64,000 nt of DNA from Podarcis muralis. Taxonomy: Eukaryota. The DNA lies in contig NC_135656.1 of the NCBI RefSeq assembly GCF_964188315.1, positions 42,532,001 to 42,596,000 of the forward strand. Reading direction: 5' to 3'. The notes under the pieces are model-generated. The model did not search any database. It worked only from the letters and a program-made list of their open reading frames with translations, and had not been told where the DNA came from. The translations under genes and the position numbers were made by a program. Below, piece by piece: positions 12,030-44,669 of this stretch (positions within the stretch are counted from its first letter, which is position 1; each line of letters begins with the position of its first letter).

Positions 12030-15000
12030 ATCTATCTATCTATTCATCTCCCAAGCTCCAAAGGATGTCCACAAAATGCAAGGATACGAATTAAGAATTG
12101 CTGGGTCCACATTCAATGGCCAAAGGAGAGGGAAGCTCTTTTAACATAAGGCTTCATCAATGCATCAATGATGCAACCCCAGGGAGAAACGTCCATCACA
12201 ACTTGAAAAAGTTTAGGGAGAACTGAGACATCCTCAGGAGTCTCAGCAACTCCGACATGCATTCTCCTAGATGCAGTCTGGAGAAGAATTTCTTCTCTTC
12301 TGAAAGGGAAGGAGGAGCAGCACCTGCTTCCTACCACCTGAGCTGCTCTTACCCTCCTCCTCACGTCCCATCTCAGAGCTGGTCTCCATCTTGGCAGCAA
12401 TCATGCTCTCCTCAAATTGGGCGTAGCTGTCGAACACCTGAGTGAAATCCCGCACTGTCATCACAGTCTGTATGGCTTCTTCGTAGACATCGCGAGCCTA
12501 AGACAGAGAGGGTGAAGGGATTACAGTCTGCAAAGCAATGCCTGTGGTCTCTGTTCCCACGGCCAGCTACCAAGCAGCTTCGAGTTCTCTAATGGTTTTC
12601 ATGGGAAATGCTCTTAAGAAAGCACAGATCACCACTCAAGACGTATCCACTTATATGGAACTCAAAGCTTTTTCTTATTGTGGGAGGAAACGGTGGGCCA
12701 AGAGGAACTGCCTCTGGGATGAAAATGATCTACAAAGAGGTTATTTGGAACAGGCAACATGAACTTCCCATGCCAAGAAAGAGCAGGTACCCGCAACTCA
12801 ATCCAAAGTGACTACTGCATTCTAACTTCTTTCAGAGCTCAACCCTATATTTAGGCATCTCTCGGGGGGGGGGGGGGTGCAACTCAGAGACTAGGGGTGG
12901 CAGATGCAGCTGCCCAGAAGAGTGGAGAGGCGGCTGAGGGAACCCTACACAAGGGAGGATGTTCCAAAAAGGATGAGAGGCTGCCAGCTCTGCAGGCAAG
13001 GGGTGACGTAACTGGGCTCCTGAGCCCCACAGGGGAGCCGCAGAAAGAATGTAGTTGGTCAAGGGAGCCGTGGACTCAAAAAGGTTGAAAACCTCTGGGC
13101 TAAATGCCTTTGCCTTTGATTCTACTGTGAGGAGGAATCAAGTTACAGGATCACCCAGAAGTTTAAACCTGAACAACTGAGGGCTTGTTCAGATGTCCCA
13201 AAGGAGAGAAGACGTTATTGAGTACTAATTCTCAGTCTCCTCTGGTTGTCCATACATTACATTTTTTTTCACCTGTCTGCTGACCTCAGTACCAATTAAA
13301 AAAACAAACAAACAATGATTTCTAAAAATCTACCTGGCATGACATTACGACATGAAAATCCTGCTTGTTATGTACAGTCACCCCAGAAAGCACTAGGATT
13401 CTTATTTGTTTTCCCTAGTGACTTTTCACAAACTTGGAACACTTCATGTATTATGAGACACTATGAATTCTTCTGATGGGGAGAAAGCAGAACAGAAATA
13501 ATATAATAAAAGAAGAAAATCATAGAAGATACTCCCACTATCCTTTGTCCCTCCTCTATGCTAGGTAACTGTCCTCTATTGCCAATCTTCCAGATTCTTC
13601 CATTTCCATTTTTGTTTGGTGGCTTGTAAGGATTTCTGTTTGTTATTTTGCCAACTGTTCATTATCTGATCCCTACAAGCTCAGTAAACGCCTTATTTAA
13701 AAGAGTGAATTAGGAGAAGAGTGGAGACAGACAATAGCTCTTTTTAAGTGAGTTCAAAGTGATCTAAAAGAGGCTTCCCTTCTGGTCAAAAAGGGTTTCA
13801 GAGCAATAGAAACACCTATAACGTCTGCTTAGTAGGGGTACGTGTGGGTGGCATGCATTTACCATTACTAGCAGACTGTTGTTCAAACTGTCTTCAGCCC
13901 TTCATAAAAATTAATGTCTGTCTCCAACCCAAGATTTTCACCAAATAAAGGTGAGGTCTTGCTCAGACCAGATGAATAAGGAATTTAAGAGGAAATAGCT
14001 GAAAGACTTGAACATTACACTCTGTGCCATTTTGAAGTTCCCCCTGGGATGTGACTCCAGCCAAGTCCCTGCATCACAGCACAAACCCTCAGGCCCAGGG
14101 GACTACCTTCTCAAAATGCCCACTGCGGATGTAGTAGTCTGCCAAGGAACACCATAGCTTGCCCAGCTGGTCGGTGAAGCGAGTCAGGCCGCCCCGGATT
14201 ATGGCCCCCACATTGAGCGACTTCACCTTGTCCGGATTCTGCGAGATGAGGTCACAGAGCTCGTGCCACAGCTGCAACGGAGAGGACAAGGTGTCAGAGA
14301 GATCTTAGCAACGCTGAGAGGCAGGAAAAGCATCAAGTGTACAGGTTGTTCTGCAGCAGGCGTCTTTGGATGAAGGAGAAGAGAGATCCTCCACATAATT
14401 TTGGAGGGCTGACTGCCAGCTACCATGAGCCTCACTTGATAGTTGGATTTCCCCTCCTTGGAGATGAAGCGTTCATCATTCACCACAGCGGCAAGGCGGA
14501 CAGCAGCCTCATCCAGGCGGTCAATGGAGCGCAGGTACTCAATATATTCCTCAGCATTCTCCGGGCTCAGCTGCAACATAAAAACGCATACAGCTCAGAA
14601 TCCACCAGAATGCTGACAAGACCAAAATAGTGGCAGTAGAAGGGCTAATGTAAATTAATTGCAACACTGCTAGAAGTGCCAGCTCAAGGTTAGCTAAGAA
14701 TACAAAGAGTAGCTTACAACCTTTTGTGCATAGTGTGTTAAAGCTAATTAAAATTTGTCGGGGGGAACAAGTGTGATTTCTTTTATGCAACATGACAAAA
14801 TTTCCACTTCTTCCAAAATTAAAATAAAAAACAGGAGGAGATTAAACAGAATACTATCTACAGATTTAGAGCAGACAACATTTTGTAAAGAGGTGTCCTA
14901 GTTCAGGAGTCCTAAGCAAAGGGTTTCAGACCCAGAACCCCTCTTTAAGTCCATTTGCAATGCAGGATCTACTTAAGAGTTGGCATAGGTTCATTTATCC

Positions 15001-18000
15001 TCGCTGTATGGTGATCAGATACACAAAAAGTACAAGCGCATTGCATCTTTACCAGATGTATATAAGGGGGAATTTGTCATGTAGGGCTGCAAAAAACCTG
15101 TCCCTGCTGAAATTTCCTGTTCTGTGAAACCACTAAAGGTTAAGGGTTTGTGGCTTCCTTTGCATCTGGTGTCTCGGTTTCTTTAAAAATAACAGAAAAA
15201 AGAAAATTATTGGGCGCCACTGATGTAATTTACAACAAGTTTCTGCATCTCAACTCCCAGCTGAAGGACAGTTCTTGGGTTAACACAATGAATAATAATA
15301 TTCTGGGCGGCTCCCAATCGAGTGTTAAAAACAATACAGCATTAACTTCCCTAAACAGGGCTGCCTTCAGATGTCTTTTAAAGATAGTATAGCTGCTTAT
15401 TTCCTTCACATCTGAAGGGAGGGTGTTCCACAGGGTGGGCGCCACTACCGAGAAGGCCCTCGGTGCATTAGTATTTCTGGAAAGTCTCCCTGATCTGATC
15501 TAGAGAGGTACCCAATTAAATAACACTTTTGTCCAATACTCTCCCTTTGAGAGGGGATTTCTCTTTGCTGAAAAAGCAATTTTATTTTTCTCTGTCATAA
15601 ATGAAATCAATCAAATATTTTGGTGCTATTGAAGAATTTGTTCCACAGCCTTCTGATCTCTCTGTACCTTCTCTAGCCACTTCCAAAAACTATGAGTACC
15701 CAAGTCAAATACAGTATAGTATTCCAGTAGAAGTTTCGCAAGGGCTATGCACAAGACTAAAAGCAGGACAAGAATTCATTTAGTGCAAATAATGAAAAGG
15801 AGCCTAAAAGAGAAGAAACCCATTTAAGCAGTCATTGCACAAGGAAGACAACACCTTCTCTACAAAGATTACGCAGATGGCTCAGAGGTGGAAGAGTTTG
15901 GCAAGACAAATTAGTTGGGGACATGTGGGCTCCCTTACCTTCAGGTACCTGCGGTAGACCCGTACAGCTGTCTCGGGTAATGGATACAGGCGCACAAACT
16001 TCAGGTAGAGTGGCCAGATACGATGGTGCTGTGTGATGGGCAGGGCCCGGAGGGCTCGGTCAAAGGTCCTACGGGTGCGGGTGATCCGACACTGGTCCAT
16101 AAGAAACTGGCAGTAATCTAGCCATATCCGAGGCATCTACAATCAGACAGAATAATAATAAGTAAATAGCAACTCCCTTTGGGGATCCGGTCAAAGGTTA
16201 ACATTGTCCACAGCCTGCTTCTAATAGTGGCTACACATATGTGACTAGGAAGTTCACAAGTGGGCTATGACAACAACAGTGGCTTGCATCTAGCATGCAG
16301 CAGTCAAGCAAGTCACTGCCTCTGAATACAGCTGTTCCATTTTTAGAAATTCTGCTTATCTATTTCTTTAATCAAAAAACCAACAAACTTACTTGCAAAC
16401 TCCACACTTTGTAATACTAGGGTTGCCATACGTCTGGAATTTCCCAGACATAGCCAGGATTTGGCCGTCCGAAACAGTGTCGAACAACTTTTGTGCATTT
16501 CCTTTTTGCTTATCCTAAACCTATTGCAATCAATTACCATATTTTTCTGTGTATAAACTAGGTTCCCCCCCTAAAAAATAATGTCCAAAATTTGGGGGCG
16601 TCTTATACACAGATAGATATCAAATTTCACTAGGAGACTCAAGTGCTAGTGTTTTGAATAAAAAATTCTCTACAAAATGGCTCATCAGTTTATAAACCCT
16701 TCAGTGATTTTCGTTAAGGCTTTCTTCTTAAGGAAGGAGCTCCCCCGTTATTTTTATCATTTCCTTCCCATTGCTATGTGGCATCTACAACAGTTTCTGA
16801 GACAAACTCAAGATTTAGGCTAAAGATTGTTGTTTTTAAGAGAATTGAAAGTGGTATACTAGAGCCATTATTGCACTCCACATATGCACACATCTGAGAA
16901 ACAGCTCTGGAATCAAAACATATGTGAGGCCTTCACATAGACATCGTCATAACCTAGCCAGAATAGCAGCCATTATGATTGAATCACTTTTCCCAGGTGT
17001 TACCAGCCCTCTAAGCATATCACCAACCACTGTACCTTGTGCATGAAGACAAGGGCACGCTCATGACAGTTGTTCACTTCTTCATAGCTGGGATCTGTTA
17101 CACACTTGCTCTTTACCTGCTTCCGTCGCTGCTTGAGATAATTATACCACAGCTTGTAGCTGCAAAACACAAAGGGGGCAACTGTTAACATTAAAGTAAA
17201 AGATTTTGCCATGTTGCTCCCAGCTCTCATTACAAAGGGAGTTGGGTGATCATAGTGCCTTGCTCCTGAAATAAACCAGGGAAACATCAACAGGGACAGC
17301 AAGGGGTTCCATCTGTTGAGGGTATTCCTGTATGCTTTCAGAAGAGACCAGAAACAGATCATAAGAAACTCCCCTCAATTCTGGAGAAGTTAAGAGTTAG
17401 CCTTTCATTTACATTTTTAATACAACAATGCCTTATGAAAATCTGGATTGAAAAAGGTTACCCTACTACCTTCATGCAGTTTGCTAAAGAACTTTACATA
17501 AAAGAAAGAGACACAAGTGCATACCTGCCTGGCAATTCCTTAAGAGCTCTCTCATAGATCAGATTCAAGATATGCTTAGGAGCATTTTGCTTGAACTCAA
17601 TGTAGCGGATCCAGCACTTAACAGAGAAGGGGTTGCGCAATATTTCTTCTTCATATTGCAAGTCTTCCTCTTCCTATGCAGGGGTGAAGAGCAAGGTGAT
17701 ATAAATTTAGAGAAAGGATGTACTATTATATTTCTTTGTGCAGCACCATTATAACTTAGGCACTCCAATGCTATCTTCAGGCTTTTGAAAAATGCTACCT
17801 AATTTTACATGTGAGGATATGAAAAATGAACCAAAAAATCATCACTTCATATTTTACTGCAGCCACAAATTCACTAAGTAATCTTTAGCAAGTCTCTGGC
17901 CCCAGCTCTAAGATCAAATATGGGGGGGGGGGTGTACAATCTTACCTTATAGGACTACTGTAAGTTAGTAAGAACGAAAGCAGATATTATAGAGCAGCAT

Positions 18001-18705
18001 TTCTCAATCTTGGGTCCCAAATATTGCTGGACTCCCATCATCGCTGACCACTGGTCCTGCTAGCTAGAAATGACAGGAATTGTAGTCCAACAACATCTGG
18101 GAACCCAAGGTTGAGAAAGGCTGTTACAAATAATCACACAACAGCTGTCACTCTAAGCCTCTTCCTTTTTAAATGTCTGCTTAAAATAACATAGAGTGAC
18201 ATCATAAGCATCCCGCTTTAACATCATAGGCTGGCAGAAGAAGTATGATGGTGTCATATCACAATCTTTTTTGGTATTAAATGTTACAAGAAGGAGTGAG
18301 TCAAAGGGCACAAAGAGACAGCGGTTTTCTCTTGTAACAACACTTGGCCTGGCCATGAAATACCATACGGTACACGGGACATTTTGAACACTTAAAATTC
18401 GCTGCACGAATGCAAAGTAGAATTATTGTGCAAGGCTATCACTCAGCGACTCGCCATTAGCAGGATTACATCGCTTTTCCTTGTCTTGGTTCAATCTTGA
18501 GGGCAAAGAACTCTGCACATGTTCGAAGGAAGCCTCGCCTTTTATTTCACCGGCGGCGGGGGGGAGAGAATTAAGTTCTATGGACGAAGGGGAGCTCGGC
18601 CTAGGGAGGACCCGTCCGAGCATTTCACCCCCCGACACCTTCCCACCGGGCCCTACTCACGAAAAAGAGCTCCCGCTTCCCCAACACCGTCTCCAGCTCC
18701 GGCAT
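2787..18705 (-). CDS. XAB2: XAB2/SYF1 pre-mRNA splicing factor (HAT/TPR repeats), complete, 19 coding exons, 852 aa
   Basis: GT-AG exons 5'->3': 18705-18661 ([15 protein letters not shown]), 17673-17525, 17159-17036, 16136-15939, 14570-14436, 14271-14107, 12497-12353, 11828-11677, 11029-10910, 10531-10400, 9740-9609, 7929-7816, 7317-7155, 6563-6373, 5803-5681, 5172-5001, 4891-4765, 3303-3194, 2848-2787 ([20 protein letters not shown]). Total 2559 nt with consistent phases. Peptides such as [31 protein letters not shown] and [17 protein letters not shown] match XAB2. Confidence 0.98.
3524..3652 (-). mobile_element. RTE-BovB LINE 3' fragment with 11-bp TSD
   Basis: BovB-type tail (TTG)n-TTTAG-TGTCCGACTCTTCGTGACCCCATGGAC, flanked by GACTCAACTCT at 3513-3523 and 3653-3663. 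Confidence 0.8.
3699..3985. mobile_element. Tc1/mariner (Tigger/pogo-like) MITE
   Basis: TIRs CAGTGGTGCCTCGCAAGACGAA / TTCGTCTTGCGGGGCACCACTG, TA on both sides, no coding capacity. Confidence 0.9.
5532..5670 (-). mobile_element. CR1 LINE 3' fragment
   Basis: ATCATAGAATTGTAGAGTTGGAAGGG...CTAGTCCAACCCCCTGC is the typical reverse-complemented CR1 terminus. Confidence 0.75.
9962..10007. repeat. (GT)n microsatellite
   Basis: Direct reading. Confidence 0.95.
11994..12043. repeat. (ATCT)n microsatellite
   Basis: Direct reading; one interruption. Confidence 0.95.
15292..15460 (-). mobile_element. L2-type LINE 3' fragment
   Basis: Translates as APTLWNTLP...[10 protein letters not shown], the usual ORF2 C-terminal motif, followed by the tail. 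Confidence 0.7.
17995..18123. mobile_element. hAT-type palindromic MITE (~130-bp family)
   Basis: TIRs CAGCATTTCTCAA / TTGAGAAAGGCTG and internal GGACT(ACAACT)CCCATCATC palindrome. Related decayed copies at about 6823-6966, 28413-28520, 43624-43738, 54013-54085, 54425-54558, 59651-59776 and 63604-63735. Confidence 0.75.
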
Positions 18706-18974
18706 CTTGGACGCTTCCCACCCCGAGCGAGGCGCACGGCAATGACGCACAAGCACAGCTGCGGTTCAGAGCTCGGGCTCTCTCCTCCGCTTGCGTCACT
18801 TGGTCAGCAACAGTCCTATTGGTGATCCGACAGGGAGGGCGTTTCCTTTCTGTCTTCCGGTCGCCATGTTGCTTGCGGGAGCCATCTTCGGAAGACTTTA
18901 GGGGCGTGGCATATGCGAAAATGGGCGGGGCCAAAGGGTGGGCGGGGCCCGTTCAGCATCGGCCAAGCGGCGCC
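18706..18974. promoter_or_regulatory. Bidirectional CpG-island promoter shared by XAB2 and PET100
   Basis: 269 bp between divergent ATGs, CpG-rich. Half-CRE TGACGCA 18743-18749 and TGCGTCA 18792-18798; CCAAT (ATTGG) 18818-18822; ETS-like CTTCCGG 18854-18860; YY1-like CGCCATGTT 18862-18870 and GCCATCTT 18881-18888; GC boxes 18923-18930 and 18940-18947. Confidence 0.85.
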
Positions 18975-21257
18975 ATGGGGGTGAAGTTGGAGGTGTTCCG
19001 GGTCTGTGGCGCGCGGGGTCCTCCGGGGGTGGGGATTTCTCTTTCGCAGACATAAAGTCTTGTGCAGCTCCCACGGGGCAAAAACCTCCTCTGGTGACTC
19101 GCCCCGGCAGGCTCTCTCTTCGCTCTGGGGGCTTGATGGCCAACATGCGAGTTTAATATAAGATCCTCCCCCCTTGGGGCCCTTCACGTGCCTCGGAGAG
19201 CTTCGTTTTAATGAGTTAGAATATATAACTGGAAGGGCAGGCAGCTCGATCGCTCGATCTTATTTTTAAGGCAATAGATGTAGTTTTGAATATCTGTTAG
19301 GTTTCATACATGCATAATGTTGGGAAGCACGTGAGAAAGAGCAGGTTACGCTTAGGGAAATGCCGTATGTCCTCCCCGAAGAGCAGGTCGGGGTGCTTAC
19401 AATTCCAATGGGGAAACTGGTGAAATGCGCTGCTCGTTAATGGGCCCGAGGTGCCGCTGCGCCCTGCGTCTTCCTTCGCCCTAGAAGCACAGCCCTTAGT
19501 GTTGCCAGTGATCCCTTCCTTCTCTCCCTCCGCATCCTGGTGCATAATAACTTGGCCTGCAACCTAGATGTGCTTCTCTTCCTTTATGCCATTTCTCCTT
19601 TCTACCCTTACCTCTGCCATATGATGGTCGTCCTCCTGACCTTTTAGCAAGGGATGAGAGGAAGCTTCTGCCGTTAAGGGCCAGATTGGGCAAAATCTAA
19701 TAAAACCCTGCAAAGTGTCCCAATGCACCTGTATTACCATCTGACTTCCTATCTCCTTCTCTTGCAGATGATGCTGTATTTATCTTTTCCTGTTGCTATG
19801 TTCTGGATTTCAAATCAGGCAGAATATTTTGAAGAATATGTTATCAAGCGGAAGGTCAGTTTTCTCATGTAATTAGAAAGGGAAGAACAGGGTGGAGTAA
19901 TGAAATCATTTCCAAACCTTTCCTGTGAGGTTTTATCTGGTTTTTTTTTTTAAATTCTCATGCTGATTTCACCTCCGGAATTGGAAAATAAAAACCCAGG
20001 CTTCCTTTTATTGCATTTTACTCAAAAGCCATATGCTGGGAGCCTGGCTTCTACAAGCAAGTACTGTATGCAAAAGCTGGCATTGCACACAATGCATCTA
20101 GTTGCTTCTGGTCTGCTGTTCAGCAGGAGTCATTGGTCTGTAAATAAACAAAATTAATAATAATAAGTGGAACCTGCAGCAAAATGTTGCAGCATATATT
20201 CTCTCCTAAAAGGAGGCTTCCTGTTCAGGGTTCCAGTCAGCCATTCCCTCCAAGGAGGGCTTTCCACTTCTCTCCTCTTCCTTTTTAATTTTTCCGCTCT
20301 CAGTCTATTTTCTATGAGCATTCTTAACCCTGGGCTATTTGTGGGGGCATTGCCTCTTTCAGTTTTAGTTTTAAAGACACCCTCTCCCACTTCTGCCACT
20401 ATCAGGGTTACCCCAAGCATTCCGATGCTGTTCCTTGGTGGCCCCATTTGGGTTATGCTACTGTCTGTACTTGATTCCTGAACTATTAGGAGAATAAACA
20501 AGATTTTCTCAACTGTGTTAAGAGGCCAGGACTTATCTCTTTCTTTCCTATGTAAATGTTCTTCTTAGGCATGAGACTCTTAATCTCAGGGTCTTAGGTT
20601 TGAGCCCCAGGTTGGACAAAAGATCTCTGCATTGCAGGGGGTTGGACTAGATGACTCTAGTGTTCCCTTCCAACTCTACAATTCTGATTCTATCCCCAGT
20701 GACAGTCTCTTGAAACTTAGGAAGGCTTTTCAGTTCTCATAGAATTTTGGTTTGTTCGCTCACTCGAGCTGGCTGTATTTTCCCTGCCCTCTTGGTGTTT
20801 TTGACAAATTTGCCTGCTTTCTGATTGTACAGCAATGGAAATTTAGGTGGCATGGTTTTAATCTGTTTCAATATAAAAGCAGGACTCTCCAATAATATGA
20901 TTCCCTTTTTAATCCTTTTCCTTCAGAGAGAGATATATCCACCTGAAGATAATTACCAGGTAAATATGCCTCAACAATGAATACTGCATGTCTAATCCAG
21001 GAGTGGGGAACCTGTGACCTTCCAGATGTTGGTCTGCAGCTCCCATCTTTCCTGACCATTGGCCATGCTGGCTAGGACTGGTGGGCATTGGGATTCCAAC
21101 TGGAGGGCCACAAGCAGCCGACCCCCGGTCTAAGCGAACAAATCATTTATGATGAAATTGGCACTTCTGTCTTCTCCAGAGAAAAGAACTGGAAGACTTC
21201 AAAGAGAGAATGAGGAAGGAACACGAGAAGCGGATGCTGCAGTCAGCTAAGGAATAA
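18975..21257 (+). CDS. PET100: PET100 cytochrome c oxidase assembly chaperone, complete, 4 exons, 74 aa
   Basis: Exons 18975-19001 (MGVKLEVFR), 19768-19854 (MMLYLSFPVAMFWISNQAEYFEEYVIKRK), 20927-20959 (REIYPPEDNYQ), 21180-21257 (RKELEDFKERMRKEHEKRMLQSAKE*). All phase 0, GT-AG. Matches recalled human MGVKLEIFRMIIYLTFPVAMFWVSNQAEWFE. Confidence 0.95.
20569..20693 (+). mobile_element. SINE with 5'-truncated tRNA-Lys-like head and CR1-type tail (PET100 intron 2)
   Basis: GCATGAGACTCTTAATCTCAGGGTC...GAGCCCCA matches tRNA-Lys(CTT), then GGGGGTTGGACTAGATGA...CCCTTCCAACTCTACAATTCT. Confidence 0.75.
20998..21127. mobile_element. hAT MITE in PET100 intron 3
   Basis: CAGGAGTGGGGAACC start; near-identical 8-bp TSD GTCTAATC / GTCTAAGC. 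Confidence 0.7.
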
Positions 21258-21338
21258 TGATGTACCATCATCCCCTTTCTCCCCAGGGTTTGATGCACTC
21301 TCAAGAAAGTTGTCATCACAAATCTCCTACTTTAACTT

Positions 21339-21568
21339 AATAAATGCCCTCTAAAACACTTTTTGTACTAAGAGATGAAGGGAATTGCAATGCAGTTTCA
21401 CTTTGCATTCCTGAATAGTGGTTCTGTGCATGCCTCCATGGCCATCAACGGAAAATGGGAAGAGGATGTAGGCTCCTTCCTTCGTGTTCTTCTGGCTCTT
21501 GCTGGGTGAAGCTGCTGAACCCTGTCTGCAAGTTTGGCAGCTGTCTTAGGAGAGTCACTTTGAATAAA
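21339..21568 (+). terminator. Candidate PET100 polyadenylation signals
   Basis: AATAAA at 21339-21344 and 21563-21568. Confidence 0.5.
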
Positions 21569-22144
21569 AAGTTCTGTATAGAAAGACTGAATCTGTATGT
21601 CTTTCAGTAAAGTTATCTGGGTATCTTCAGAGATGCAAGTTATATTTCACTTGTCCTCCTTGGACTGAAGATCTATTTTATCCAGGTGGGTCCTTCTGCA
21701 CTGCTTTCTTCTCTTATTGCTCTGGTTTGCACATCACATTAAACCATAGTAAAATAAACTATTGTTTAGTGTGAATGGGCTGCTAAAAGCATGGGTGCGA
21801 GACAGATGGCTGAACAGGCCTTTGATTTGCTGGAAAATATGCAATTTTATGAAGATGGGAGAAAAGTAGTTTGGTGCTGCAGGTGAACAGCCGGCCATGA
21901 TCTCTCTTTTACATTTTGTCAAACTTTCCTTCTTGTGACTTCTGAAAACTAAAAGTACAATCCACCCCCACCCCCCGATAACTCTGTAATTCTGGCAGTC
22001 CCATTGTGTAATCACCCAGTGTATTGAAAGCTTGATAGTTCAATATTCAAAATCCAACGTACTTTCACGATGTTCTGTTCTTGCTGGGCACGACCCTGTT
22101 CCATAAATGACTACCCATTTTACACTCTGTTCCGAGAAACCTTT

Positions 22145-22150
22145 TTTAAT
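22145..22150 (-). terminator. Candidate PCP2 polyadenylation signal (ATTAAA)
   Basis: Minus-strand ATTAAA about 355 nt after the modelled stop. I saw no minus-strand AATAAA between this point and PET100. Confidence 0.35.
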
Positions 22151-22504
22151 TGCATTTATACATTTGAGGCAGCACTTGCCTCAATGTCCAAGGGAACACT
22201 GCTAGGCATGTTAAGAGGGATAGAAGTAGAGGAATCTGATGTGTATGTGGGGAGGGGGACTTTGTGGGTAGAACTGCTTGCATCCTATGGGGAAGCAGTG
22301 CCAGGGCTTAGTGGATTTGAGAAACAAGGTGCGTGCTTGTGTCTTGGGTAGCAGGACTTGACAAATATCTCATGCAAGGACATTGAAAGAACCTCGTTAT
22401 CAAAAATATTTGTAGATTACATCCCTACTGCTGGGGTGGAGGAAATGTGAGATTAAAGCAAAGCACGGTAGATTTGGGAGAGGGGGTATTGCAGATCTGT
22501 GCCT

Positions 22505-44502
<21,998 letters not shown>

Positions 44503-44662
44503 TGTGAAACACCCCTCCTGTAAGTACTGCTCAAAATAGGTTCCTTCCCCCAGCGAAAAAGCTGTTTATCCCCTTGAGTTGGTGGTATAGGACCTGTCGG
44601 CGCTGTGCACTTTCCCTGCCCTCTGGCCACTCTGACAGTCCTGATGCCCGCTGCTCTTAGTG

Positions 44663-44669
44663 ATTTATA
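44663..44669 (-). promoter_or_regulatory. TATA box of the putative PCP2 proximal promoter
   Basis: Minus-strand TATAAAT about 160 nt upstream of the 44502 ATG, with Inr-like TCAG motifs about 25-35 nt downstream. Confidence 0.5.

Noticed and set aside
18519-19187. Long overlapping ORFs across the promoter (178 aa +, 123 aa -, 93 aa -)
   Set aside because: Stop-poor CpG island. The 178-aa ORF simply runs through PET100 exon 1 into its intron. No recognisable domain.
21400-21535. Possible extra PCP2 terminal exon (acceptor CTTGCAG, TGFSSFTQQEPEE...)
   Set aside because: The preceding exon ends in a stop with no suitable donor, and the segment lies in the PET100 3' region on the opposite strand.
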